From Chrysemys picta bellii (taxonomy: Eukaryota): 64,000 bases of DNA. Of the stretch, positions 37,001 to 49,386 are shown one piece after another; the first letter of the stretch is position 1; every line of letters starts with the position of its first letter. The stretch spans positions 143,158,001 to 143,222,000 of the forward strand of contig NC_088793.1 of the NCBI RefSeq assembly GCF_011386835.1, written 5' to 3'. The translations under genes were made by a program, and so were the position numbers. Below the pieces are notes generated by a model. That model did not search any database. It saw nothing but the letters and a program-made list of their open reading frames with translations, and was not told the DNA's origin.

Positions 37001-37196
37001 CTCGATTCAGGGAATCCATACTAGTTTAGAAGCAGTTGCCATTGCCCTATGAAAGCTAGTTAATCAAGGAGCAATCATAAAAGTATTAATCCCAATTCTA
37101 AAGCAGTCATCTCCATAGCAACTCTGCTGGGATCTTGTTTATAAAGTACAGATCAAAGCAAAGTAACTGCATCAGAGAAGGAAAATTATAGCCATC

Positions 37197-37998
37197 TGTA
37201 AAAGGGCTCGTCCGAGTCTCGTCTCTCCACGGGGCTGTGCGGTATCCCACCGCCTGGCAACAGTTCCCTATGGGCCCAGGCCCTGGGTCAGGGCGGGGCA
37301 GCAAACAAATAGTCAGGAGCTCAGGCCCTTAGGCAGGGGCTGAGTGACTGGTGTGAGGGGGAGACTGCCACCCGTGAGTGGGGTGGCAGGGGGGACGCAG
37401 GCCCACCCACTCCACTGCGTCCCAGCCCGGGGTCCTAGCAGTGGCAGAAGACTCACTGCTGTCAGTGGGGATCCTGACCGCAGCACACTGACATTGGTTC
37501 TGGCAGTGCTGCGGCCAGACCAGGGTGGGCTGCTCCCAGGCTACTTCCGGACTCCCCCTCGTACGGTACCTGGATTAGGACGGTGTCCTCGGAGCTTTTC
37601 AGGACTATCGGTTCCTCTGGGTAACTGGCGAGGGGCAGGCCCGGCAGCTCCTCAGGGTAGCTCGCAAGAGGCAGGCCTGGCTGCTCCTCAGGGTAGACTG
37701 TGAAGGTTAGGCCCTGCTGCTCCTTGGGGTAGCTGGTGAGAGGCAGGCTTGGCTGGCCTGGCCAGTCCTCGGGTCGGCCGCGACCTGCCAGCGTTCCCCA
37801 ACCTGGAGCTAGGCCACAGGCCTCTGGCCTCTCCGGCAGCTGGTGTTCAAGTGAGCTCTGCAGTTGGGCTTTTCTACTTCCTGTCCTGTGCCGTGATCTC
37901 TGGAGATCGGGCGCAGGATCCACTGGCTCCGCCCACGTTGGTGCTAGGGGAGGGTTGTCCCTCCGCAGGGCTGTGGGGTGTCCCACTGCCTTGCTACA
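37197..37998 (-). mobile_element. GC-rich solo LTR (802 bp) with 5-bp TSD
   Basis: ccatc|tgta ... taca|ccatc; CpG-rich; internal 36-bp tandem repeat. Confidence 0.85.
37610..37758. repeat. 36-bp tandem repeat (about 4 units) within the LTR
   Basis: ggcaggcccggcagctcctcagggtagctcgcaaga / ggcaggcctggctgctcctcagggtagactgtgaag / gttaggccctgctgctccttggggtagctggtgaga. Confidence 0.85.
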
Positions 37999-38034
37999 CC
38001 ATCTCAGAGACTTATTTAGGCAAAAGGAGTCTCA

Positions 38035-39081
38035 GGCCTATATTCACAAAGGCATTTAGGTGTTGCAACTCTTAACTTCTAGGCACCTTGAAAATCACTG
38101 CAATCCACAAATACTGGGTAAGGTATTTAGGCTCCGTACACAATGAATGCATAGGGAGAGAGAGGCCTGAGAATGGGTTCCACAAAAGGGAGCCACGTAC
38201 GCTAGCCAGCAGCAGAAGCCAATTAGGGGGTGTACCCTAAGCTACACCCTTCTCACAGAGTTACAGACCTAATTATGGGCTGTAGGGAGGTACCTATCTC
38301 TGCTTGTGATCCACAGCTGGAATCTCTGCCGGAGTGAAGCACCTAAATTCCTCTGACAGGAAACAGCCTTCTCTGAATCCAGCGGTTAAGGAGTTCACCC
38401 AGTACATTCAATTTCATCTCCTGACCGATGCGGTGAAGGGATTTGAAGAGGGGTTCCCACCTCTTAGGTGAGTTCCTTAACCCCTCGATTCATTCTCATA
38501 GTTTCCCTGGCCCACTTAATATTTAATTATTTATACAAAGTGGAACAGCTTCAACAAGTGAGATCAAGAGACACCCCTCTCCAGCAGAATATTCCTATGG
38601 TGGTGAAGGCCCTTATCTGAGAGGTGAGGAACCCCTCTTCAAATTCCTTCTCTTCATCAAGTTGGGAGTGAGGGGACAGAAATTGAACCAGGGTCACCTG
38701 TGTCCAAGGTGAGCATTCTAACCCCTGAGCTAAGAGGTGTAAGGGAGGGTACCTCTTCACCTATTTGGTGTGGTTAGCCATTCTCAGAGCATGCCTACTA
38801 CTTACAACCCCCAAAGGTGAGATAGCTGTTGCCCTGCATATCTCTTCCTGGTTTGGGGATTGTACTGGGGCTTAAGCGTGAGATAGACATCTGCCGGAGA
38901 CAGCAGTGTACTTGTCTGGAGGCAGAAATTTAGGATCTAGGGAACTTTGTCAGTGAGAATTTAGGTGCCAAGTGAGTTTAGGCACCTACGGGGTTAGATG
39001 GTAGCTGTGTGTTTTTCTTTGGATCACAGCAGTACTTAAACTTGGGACTTAGGCACCTAAGTCCCTTTGTGGATCTGGTCC
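38035..39081 (-). mobile_element. Full-length TIR-bounded element with several tRNA-like modules (putative non-autonomous PIF/Harbinger-type)
   Basis: TIRs ggcctatattcacaaaggcatttaggtg / cacctaagtccctttgtggatctggtcc; modules at about 38376(+), 38437(-), 38592(+) and 38672(-). Confidence 0.7.
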
Positions 39082-39716
39082 TCCGTGTCTATTGGCTGAT
39101 GGAAGATCTGTAAGAATCCTGAGGTGGGCTGGCAGAGAGATTTTCTCTGTGGTTAAGAATGAAGCACACACTTTCTCACAACCATAATATGAAAAATTAG
39201 CACTATGTGGTCTCTGGCTTTTTTGCTTCCATGGGAAGAGTCTGTGACTTTGACCATCCCTATTGCTGTATGTGGTAAGTGCTCATGTGAATGTTGTCAG
39301 AAGTCCCATGATGTCTTGCCATGAGGCCAGAGTCTTATGTGGTTGACTGACATGCAGGTATGAAATTTTAAAAGGCAATGCTCTCAGTGGCAGATCCATT
39401 CTGGAGGCCAACCAGAGATAGAAATAAATGGACTGAGTGTCCAGAAATTATTCTCACCACCTCCACTCATGTTGTGATTCTGTTTTTCTGTGAACTGTAC
39501 TTTTAAATTATAAATAAGGCTGTCTACCTGTTCTCCTGAAGCCAAGACTGTCAGGGGATTCAAGATGGAGGCTCTTAAAGAGAAAAACTCCCTCTGCTTT
39601 CTCTTTCATGGAGACTTTATATTTATTCTTTGTTGTTTATATTCATCTAAGATAAATCATATAGGCTGACATAACATGTTGTGCTTCTTTGTCAAGGGAA
39701 AAGTAACACCTTATGC

Positions 39717-39738
39717 AGAGAGAGAGAGAGAGAGAGAG
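39717..39738. repeat. (AG)n microsatellite
   Basis: About 11 perfect AG units. Confidence 0.95.
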
Positions 39739-42649
39739 AAGGTGACTGAGGTAAGAACAGTCCTCTAAGAGTTGATTTATTCCTTTGGCTTATTCTCTCT
39801 GAAGCTATCATTCTCCCTTCCTGATATGTTATAAATTGTTATAAATTGAATTTAATGGGTAGAATTGTTATAAATTGAAGATTATGGGTAGAATTCATCC
39901 CTGGAGGAACTCCCTTGAAGTCAGTGGCATTACGCCAAGGATGAATTTGGTTGTATGATTTTTAGATGAGGGATGAGTAACAGGAGCAGGTACCAAAGGT
40001 CCGGTTTTCATGCACCTGTCTTTGTGGATAAGTTTGGATGAATATCGGATGTATAGTTTGAATAATCCTGAAATAGAACATTATCAAAGTTTTCCAAGAG
40101 TAATATAAAAGTGAACTTTTAAGGGCAAAATGACATTGCAGCTTTAACATCAGAGCCAAATTTGAAGTGCATAACTATGCTTGTATTGATTACTTACATA
40201 TATCACCACAGAATTACCTGTTATTAGGGGCTGGAAACCAAACATTGAACACAAATTCAAATGGTGGGGGAGGCTGTATGTGAGAGAGGAAAAAAGGTTA
40301 TAAGTTAAAAAGAAACAAAAAGGGTCCTTATTTTTTCTCTAGGGATTGATTAAGTGTGTCAAAGGCAGTGAGCCAGCAATCTCTCAGTCTCCTCACTTCA
40401 GTGGGAGGTAATGAAATTTAATTAGTGAGAAGAAACAGCTTTCACACTGAGAGGAGTGGAGAGAAAACAGGGACATCAATGTGCACAGAGACTAATGCTA
40501 TAGTACATAACAATTCCTATTAAAACTGAATTAATAAGCAAAGCTGCTTGGCCTCTACTTTTTCTTACAAGGCTTTTTCATTTTAAATAAAAACTTGAAA
40601 AATGAGCTAGAGCTATATTTTTGTTATTAATAGCATGAGGCTTAGTTCTGCTAGGTTTGAAGGCACAAGTACAATTCGGCTCCTTCACAGCTATGTGAAT
40701 CCTTCCATGTTCAGACTGTAATGTGTTCACAGATTTTTTCATTAGAAGCGGGGCTTTTTTATGGCTTTGCAAGTCTTTAAGTTCAAATAAGTTGTAGTTT
40801 GGATGAACCCAGGCTTCCCATATTTAGATCTCATGAAGAACTACTAGACAAGGTTTGCTAAAATGGGCATTGCTGATGGTTCCGCAAAGGGCCAGCATAA
40901 GACATAGGCACCAGAAGGCCATGCCAAGGGTCCCAGCTCCTGGAGATAGTTGATTACATCAGAATTGCAGCTTTAATTTCATAAAAAAAATCTAGCATTT
41001 ATGGTTGCAAATAAAACTTGGAAATGTGACCCAGATATGACCAATGCAGTAACGTCTGCCTGCTCTGCAGAGAGCTTGAAACAACAGCTCTGACTGGGAC
41101 CCTTATCAAAGGGTTGATAACACCAAGACCCACAGCTCTGGGGGCTCTGCCAACACCACCCTAGAAGAGAATTCTGTGTGTGTGACAGGAAAAGATGAAT
41201 AAAGCAACCCCACCCACCCAGATACTGCTGCTGCTGAGATAAGCACTAGGAGGCATTGTTTACCTCTCTGGAGTTGGGTGGGTAGAGAAGGAACCACCTT
41301 GCTGCTGCTCCTGAGGCACCAAGGGGGTCCATAACACTTCCCATTGCTCTAGAAGAGGAGGGAACCTCCCCACCAAGGACCTTCTGAGTGAGGGGTGGGG
41401 CCATAGCACAAACATCATTGAAACCCAATGGCATGGTGTGTCTAAGGCCCCATAGTAGTTTAATTCATGTTCACACACATTCAGGGGGCGAATTAATAGT
41501 GTAGGCCACAGTGGGCAAGAGAGATGCACACAGGCTAGGCCACTCAGACACAGTGATATAGTGGAAACAAGGGGAAAACAAAACAAACAAAAACAAGGGG
41601 AATCAGTTCTACCTTCAAAACCCATATCAGCTACAGCTGTTCCTGCTACCACTAATAATAGTGCACAGAGTCTGGGAATTGCCTGTCACACAGAGGCTAT
41701 GCTTCCCGAACATTATGTGGGACTGCACACAAGGAGTCAGTGATGGTTTGTATTCCAAAGGGATAGTGAAGAACTATAATCGTGGAGCTCCCATGAAAGC
41801 AGCCCGCAGAGCAAGAGAGAAGGAGGAACTCCACTCCCATGCTCAAAACACTCCCAGATGCCAACACCAACTAGTAAAAGCCAAGCACAGAATTGGAGGG
41901 GCGCAATGTGGCTCTTCATTCTGGAAAAATGAGCCTGTTCCTTCTCTCCGCTTCTTCTCCTTAGCGTATGCGCAACATGCCTCAGGTGGCATCTGACCAG
42001 GATTTATCTCTGAATTTGGTCTGATGGTTGGATCATTAGCTTCCCCAGCTCAGGCCGGGTAATGACGGGGAGTGCAACGTGAACACTGATCGATGCCTCC
42101 CACTTCTCCACTGAGATTACACCAGCATAAAACCGGAGCCACGTGGTCATGAATCAAACCCAGCTTTCCAGACTTATCCTATGTGACATATTGTAAAAAG
42201 AAACAATTAGTTCTTTTTTTTTTTTTAAAGTGCAGCCTGGCAGCATAATTTTCAACAGAGCCTAAGGGGTTAGGTGTCTAATTCACAATGAAATTCAATG
42301 GAATCTGGGCATCTAACTCCCCTAAATACCTTTGAAAATCCCAGACACAATTCATACCTTTTAGGATGAAAAAGAGATTGTAAGCTCTTATTCACATTGT
42401 AAATTCTTTGGGGGCAGGAAATGTCTTTTTGTTCTGTGTTTGTACAGCGCCTATGTGATGGGGTATCTACTTCACACAAAGCTTTTACAGCATGCCCTGA
42501 AGGTGAATAGATGTCAGCTATTTCAGATTAAGGGACAGGAGCAAATTACAAAGTAGAAGACATGAGGATGATTTCAATATAAATTTGATTAGCTCAGAGT
42601 TCTAGATTTTAGATCTATAATTTGGTTTTATCTGGATTTTGATGATGGG

Positions 42650-43727
42650 TGTGATGCTGGCAAGCTATGTGCCAGTGCATGCCGAGGCCTTAGGCCTCTC
42701 TGAACACTGACAAATGCATAGCTGGAAACCAGTCACCCTTGCCTGTGTGTTGGTATTGTTAAAATAGATGTGTTTAGAGCTGAGACTTTATGAAATGCTT
42801 GTAGGACGCAGCATGTATTAATCTTACTTATAACATCTGTACCCCATGTTATAAGGTTGTATAAAGAGTTTGCATTGTAATCCTCTGTAATTGTGTAAGT
42901 CATCAAACAGGAAAGGAGCATTAGTTAATGTAGAAATGCTGGCTTCCTACAGAAGGTGTTAGGTCCTATCTCCCAAGAAGGCCCATTGAAACCATATGGG
43001 CCATTGTGAAACATCAAAGAGCAAAGACTTTTGATCCCCCAACGCCCATGAAAAGGAGACCTGTGGGTGGGCTCATCCCATCAGCTTGAACTCTGGGGGA
43101 AGGGAATAAAAATCCCTGACAAGATGGAACTGGATATCTGTGCTACTTGAACTCTGAGGGGCGAATATTTCTAAGCATAAGCAAGAGTTCCCCAGTGCTT
43201 GGCCTACATTAGCCGCGAAGGACATATAGGACTTGCACATTACAGCAGCTTCTATTACCTTTTGGAACCTAAGATTGTAACTAATTTTTGTGCATGTATA
43301 TTTACCTGCTTTAACCTTGTAAATAACTTTTATTTCTTTTCTTAATTAATAAATCTTTAGATAGTTTATTATAGGATTGGCCAGAAGCGTTGTCTTTGGT
43401 GAGAGATCTAGGGTGCAACTGATTTGGGGTAAGTGGCTGGTCCTTTGGGACTGGGAGTAACCTGAATATTGTTGTGATTTTTGGTGTAAGGGACCCTCTA
43501 TCACAAAAGCAAGCTTGCTTGGGTGGCAAGATAGATCAGAATACCCAAGGGCACTGTCTGTGACTCATGTTAAGGTTGTTATAATGCTTGTGCAGTTCAC
43601 ACTTGATACTTGGTTGGCAAAATCTAAGTATAGCACTCACAACCAGTCTGGGGGTTCTGCCCTGATTTGTAACAGTCTGCCCTGAGGTTGGTACTCATGT
43701 TCATAAGCCACTATAGACAGCTCAACA
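42650..43727 (+). mobile_element. Solo LTR (1078 bp, probably Gypsy-type) with 5-bp TSD
   Basis: atggg|tgtgatg ... ctcaaca|atggg; AATAAA at about 43105 and 43348. Confidence 0.85.
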
Positions 43728-43802
43728 ATGGGTATCAGATTCTCAATGTAAATCAATGATTATTTATTTTCAGTAGTTGCTCTTTAACCAATAAGATACA
43801 TA

Positions 43803-44220
43803 GGTACCAATCCACGCAGATACTTAGGTGCCTAAACCCCAGACTTAGGCACCTAAGGGCTTGTTTACATTATAGACACTACAACAGCACCACTATGGGG
43901 CTGCAGCTATGCCACATAGTGCGGAGAGCGATGGAAGGGGTTTTTCTGCCACTGTAATTAATCCATCCCCTTAAGAGGCTGTAACTAGGTCAATGGAAGA
44001 ATTTTTCTGTCAAACTAATGGTGTCTATACCAAGGCTTAGTTGGTTTAACTATATCTCTCTGCAGTGTGAATTTTTCAAACTCCTGAGCAACATTGCTAG
44101 GTTAATCTAAGTTTTATGTGTAGAACGGGTTTATTCCCCTAGTTTTAGGCTCCACTGAAATTCACAAACCTCCCGCTGAATCTGAGGGCACCTAAACTCA
44201 CTCTGTGCCTAAGTTCTCAA
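43803..44220 (+). mobile_element. Left arm of the tRNA-module TIR family, split by a MITE and truncated
   Basis: ggtaccaatccac...cttaggtgcctaa start; resumes after 44130 (ctccactgaaattcacaaacc...cacctaaactcact), matching the reverse complement of 38960-39081. Confidence 0.55.
43857..44130. mobile_element. PIF/Harbinger-type MITE
   Basis: taa|gggcttgtttacatt ... gtgtagaacgggt|tta; degenerate TIRs. Confidence 0.6.
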
Positions 44221-44229
44221 GGTAGAAGT

Positions 44230-44790
44230 TCCAATGGTGCCGAGATCTCCAGGGTGAAACCTGGACTGTGGGACCACTGAGCCCTCCAAATCTGCCAACC
44301 CAAACTGCTTCTCACACTGTGATGTTGATGTCAAGCTATAAACCTCTGATATGCACAGCACTTTCACAGACATCCACAGGCAGGGACACATCCAACTGTG
44401 TCACATGAATGATATCCCAGCCACTCATGAACCATCAATAGAGAGGGTCCAGCCAATTCCCCTCAACTCCTTAGCCTTGCATCTCAGAACTGTACTGTCT
44501 TGCACTGGTCAGAAGTCTGGCCAGTGTAAGTTCATTACCTAGTTTGTCACAGTATCAAAGGAAAGTAGACATGCACCAGCCTTTGTAACCTGAGCAAGTT
44601 TCCCAAGCACTTTAGACAAACTCACTGGTAAGGATAAAACATTAAAAAGGTTTATTAACTATGGAAAGATAGATTTTAAGTGGTCATAAACGGTAGGCAT
44701 AAAGGTCAGAGATAGTTACCCCAAGAAAATAAAAAGTAAACATGCATTCTAAATCCTAAACTTCTAGGCATTCTAAATCCTAAAGCCTAG
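44230..44790. mobile_element. Truncated LTR of the family at 7894-9024
   Basis: acatgcaccagcctttgtaacctgagca...cccaagcactttagac...ctggtaaggataaaacattaaa is shared with 8221-8300. Confidence 0.75.
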
Positions 44791-44857
44791 GCTTAGAATG
44801 TTTGCAGATGTCCACACAGAGAAAAACAGCTTTTATTTAGCCTTAAAAAGAAAGAAA

Positions 44858-45142
44858 GGGTACGTCTACACTTACCTCCGGGTCCGGCGGCAGGCAATTG
44901 ATGTTCTGGGATCGATTTATCGCGTCTGGTCTAGACGTGATAAATCGATCCCGGAAGTGCTCGCCGTCGACGCCGGTACTCCAGCTCGGCGAGAGGAGTA
45001 CGCGGCATCGACGGGGGAGCCTCCCTGCCGCGTCTGGACCCGCGGTAAGTTCGGACTAAGGTACTTCGAATTCAGCTACATTATTAATGTAGCCGAATTT
45101 GCGTACTTTAGTCCGAAGTGGGGGGTTAGTGTGGACCAGGCC
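44858..45142. mobile_element. Young CpG-rich PIF/Harbinger-type MITE (285 bp)
   Basis: gggtacgtctacact ... agtgtggaccaggcc; about 30 CpGs retained; internal hairpin gggatcgatttatc...gataaatcgatccc. Confidence 0.9.
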
Positions 45143-45143
45143 A

Positions 45144-45210
<67 letters not shown>
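45143..45210. repeat. (AAAG)17 microsatellite
   Basis: Perfect tetranucleotide run. Confidence 0.95.
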
Positions 45211-45211
<1 letters not shown>

Positions 45212-48200
45212 AAAGGTTTGTGGCCATGAAAAAAAAAAATATGAGCAGGCAACTTTCAGTTCACTACCCCAGGCTAAATTCAAATCAAGGCTGATTTTGC
45301 ATGTATTTGCAGTTCAAGTTCACAAATTCTTCTGACCTTTTTATCTAACTGACAGGAAGACCTTAATACTGTTTCTCTGTGTGCTGCTTGTTACTCATGC
45401 TGATCCGTAGTCTTTTAGAGACATTCTTTAGATTTTCAGTATTTGTGAAAAACAACAACAAAAAATTGAATCCTTCTGTCAAGGGACCGCCAGCTCTCTA
45501 GGTATGTATCTATTTGCTAATAAGATTTACTTAATTTTTTTAAAGCTACTCATGATGGCCTAATGAGCTTCCTATTGAAATCCCACATCTGACAACTTGC
45601 ATTATTCAAAGCAACCCAGCCATTGATCATCATTGTTAATTTCTCCTGAGAAATTAGATAAGGAAGGCAAGCGAAAGTGAATAGGAAAGAAAGGATACGG
45701 GAAGCAAAACCATTAAAAACTCAGCCCTTAGTTTGTATTCTATCAGAACTGCAGGGCATGTCTTAGATAAGGGCAGAAACTGAAGTATTTGGAAAGCTGA
45801 AACATATAACTTGGGATCCATAGGATTTTCACACATACTCCAAATATTGCTTTACACACTTCTGCATTGGGCCTAGTGAATCTCCAAATAGGAACATGGT
45901 TTTTCCAAAATGAATGGTTCTAACACAGCATGGTGCAGTGCTAATGCAAGCCAAATTCTTCTCTTGTCGCTGATGCAAAAGGTGAGCTAAAAACTATAAT
46001 AAAAACCAATCCCAGAAATAGGTGCTCATGTTCCCATTAAGCAGGAGTAAATGAAAGGCGATGTTCAGCACTGTTGTTTGGGGGGGAAGCTTCACTCTAA
46101 AAAGCTTTGATTTAATATTATGTTCCCCGCTATGTGAATTCAGCCTGACACTTCTTTGTTTGTTGACGACATCCCAGCACGTACCAAGAAATCCAAGAAA
46201 TCTCATTGCAACCCATGCTATCAGCACTGTCAGCGAATGTATCATTTTAGGATATTTTAATCAAACTGAGAGATATCAGGACAATTTCACAGAGTGGGGA
46301 GGAAAATTGTTCTAAAATCTGTATCTATACAGAACATACCCACAGCCTGGAGAGTGGCAACATGCAGTACAAGAGTGGTACTAACTCTGTGCTAATCTCA
46401 TCCTCTCATTTACTCTTTAAATAAGACCAGCTCAGGTAACAAAGTGTTTCTAGCCTTTATATATCTTGCACAACAACCTCCTCAGGTGCAGCTGCAGACC
46501 AAGTATATGTCTCAGACTGTAAAACATCCCAGTGAAAGCATTAGCATTCAAGAACTTAATGTGGGTTAGAAATCCTCTCTCTAATTTAGATTTATGAAAA
46601 AAATGGACTCGAAAAAGGTATAATTCTTTCTCTGTATTTCATAGTAGTTAGAGGGGGAAATGTACCGGACTGGATTATATTTTAAACTGTTAATTTTTTT
46701 ATCTTAAACATGATATTTTTTAAAACAAATCAGATTTTTTATTTATATGTTGCTAGCTTTTTACTTTCTACTTTTATGGTGTTAAATTGCTCAAGCAGAT
46801 GTACTTGTTTCCTTAATTGGTTTCCTCATTGTTAGTAGAATTGCAGGTTTTACCTAGAGATTTTTTTTTTCTACTAAGAAGTTTCACAACTAAAATGCTA
46901 ATCTATGCTGAAAAAGTCAACTCCAGGGTCTCTTTAGCATTCTGAAAGTGAGGAAAGTGCTCTCTCAAACATGACATTAATAAGCAAATAGCCCATACAA
47001 TATTTGCAACCAGTGACACCTTCCGATATATTGAACTTCCACAAGACCAGAAAACTGAAATGCTTTGACCAATCGATACTCCTCCATGAGGGTTTTCAGT
47101 TTGAAGTCAGTGTGACTTGTGCTCCTAAATCACTTAAGTGAGTTTGAAAATCCCACCCTTAGGTGCCTAAATATGGGTTGACGAGCCTAACTTTGGCTCA
47201 GTTTTTTGGAAAATTTTGGCCTGCATGTATAGAAGTTCACAATAACTTTATTAATGTATTGGTAGTCCAAATAACCTTTCATTGTTAACACTGATTTTAT
47301 GCTGCTAAGAGAAAAGTTTTAACAAAAATACTATTTTGATGGTGCCAACACTTTGAACAATTTTAAGCACATGAATAATGCCAGTGAAGACAATGGGTCT
47401 ATTCACGTGAGTAAAGGTGCGTATCTGCCTCACTGTATGTAGCATTAGGGCCTTAATTTTCAATATTTTGTTTTTACCTGTAGCGGATTTGTAAAACTCA
47501 AATAAGACACCCGCCCTGTAGTGATATTAAAAAAAAATAGCTTTTATAATTTAGTTCATTATAAATCTTAATCTAAAACTGCAATAACACACATTTTCAA
47601 ATTAGCTGATGCTGAGTCATAATTTGCTTTCTGATCTGCTCTTGAAGAACTATAAGCTGTTCCATGCACAGCACTTGTGGCAAACACCCATAGTCAGTGA
47701 TTATCTTTATAAGTTATCTGTGCATTCAAAGGAGCTACACTGATTTACACTAGCTGAAGATCAGACTCTGATTTAAACACAACAATTTGCCAAGGCAGAT
47801 GGAACTGATGGAGGAAGGAGAACAAAATATCTCTCTGAAAGGAAGGACTCAAATAAAAATGATCTCAGCCACAACCTAGATTGTACGTTATAGCTACTGC
47901 AGGTTCAGTACAAATGAGCAATAATTAAAAAAAATCCATTTTCAAATAACAGAGACAGAAAATGAACTATGTTTCTGCCAGTGGTTGGACAGAGATGTTC
48001 ACTCTGCTGAGGGACCTTGTGACACTAGGAAAACAAGACGAAATTGAGTTTAATGCTCTCGTTGAATTATCATGATATTTTTTTATTCACTTAACTATAC
48101 TTTTAGGTAGGAGAGTTTCTTGCGTACAGATGACACCCCAGCTGACAGTAGTTTAAAATTCTAGCAGGTTGGAAAAAAGGTCTGACTTCATGCGAAAATT

Positions 48201-48451
48201 AAACTCTGTATTAGCCCAGCAAAGAAGTCAATTTGCGTATGGAATTAGTATCAGGGAGCTGAATAGCAGGTTGCCTGAGTGCAGCACATGAAGGAGATTT
48301 AATCTGGGTAAAAACTCTGGACAGTGAGGCAAATGCTATTCTCTGCACTTTCTCCCTGAGTGCCAAGGGATGTAGATGTAACAGGACCAGCTAGGTTCTG
48401 CTGTGTCATGTCAAGGTAAGATGGTAAAAGCCTGCAAAGGACCCTGGCACT

Positions 48452-48605
48452 TTCATAGATGGGATCATTAAATCATCTTCTAGTCTGACCTCCTGCATAA
48501 CTCAGGCTATTATCTTTTACCCAGTTGCCCCTCTATGGAACACAATAACTTGTGTTTAACTAAAGCATATCTTCCAGTAGGACATACAGTATTGATGTGA
48601 AGGTA
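48452..48605 (-). mobile_element. CR1 3' end
   Basis: gggatcattaaatcatcttctagtctgacctcctgcataac...acccagttgcccct...aataacttgtgtttaactaaagcatatcttccag. Confidence 0.7.
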
Positions 48606-48609
48606 ACAA

Positions 48610-49386
48610 GGGCTAGGTCTGCAGAGGGGTTTAGGCAGTTAACTACCATTTATCTTCATAACCACCATAACCCCATCCATTACTGTGGATGCCTATGTTT
48701 CTGCCAATAAAGTCCCTTAGCTGCATAAAAACCTGCTGCTGGGCAGGCACACAGCTGCTTCAAGCCAATTAAATATTCCGGGGCAGGGGGTGTGACTCTT
48801 TAACCCAGTGATTAGGGTACACACCTGGAGCTTGGGAGACCCAGGTCCATGTTCCACTGAATATTTAAATATTTATACAAATTAGAATGGTTTCACCAAT
48901 CTACTTCTGGTTTTGGCACTCTCTGGAGATGTGGTTCAAAACCCTGCTCCACATAAGGCAGAAGGGGGAATTGAGCTCTGGTCTCCCACATCCTGGGTGA
49001 GTGCCCTAATCACTGGACTAAAAGTTATAAGGGTGGTACTGCCTCCTCAACTCTTGGTGAGAAAGGGCTTTGGAGCTGGTCCATGGCTGTGAATCCTGAG
49101 TCGAGATAAGTCCAGGTCAGAGGGAGGAGCTATATCCCTAACTCCTTTTGAGGGGTAAAGCTTAGGCTACATGCCTCTCCTTGGCATTTCCTATTGGTTA
49201 GCTTAAGTGGCTCCCTGTTCAGCATGTTGGCTTTTGTAGATCCCATTCTTAACACCTAACTGTTCCCATGCATTGAATGGGGAGCCTGGACATCTAACTC
49301 AGGACTGTGGATTCCATTAGGTGACAGGGCATCTAAATGCTAGGCATTGAAATTCTGAGTCTAAGTCCCCTTTGTGGATTTAGCCC
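48610..49386 (+). mobile_element. Full-length TIR-bounded element with tRNA-like modules
   Basis: gggctaggtctgcagagggg...ttag / ctaagtcccctttgtggatttagccc; modules at about 48800-48860(+) and 48955-49025(-). Confidence 0.7.

Noticed and set aside
37610-37758. CRISPR-like 36-bp periodicity
   Set aside because: The units are contiguous with no unique spacers, the context is eukaryotic and there are no cas genes.
37344-38075. Several 107-174 aa ORFs
   Set aside because: They lie inside a GC-rich solo LTR and are not host genes; only the repeat frame is noted as a finding.
38376-38732. tRNA genes
   Set aside because: The modules have A/B-box-like motifs but no acceptor stem or complete cloverleaf; they are parts of a repeat element.
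44798-45335. ORFs with KERK or FFLS repeats
   Set aside because: These are translations of the (AAAG)17 microsatellite plus a MITE.
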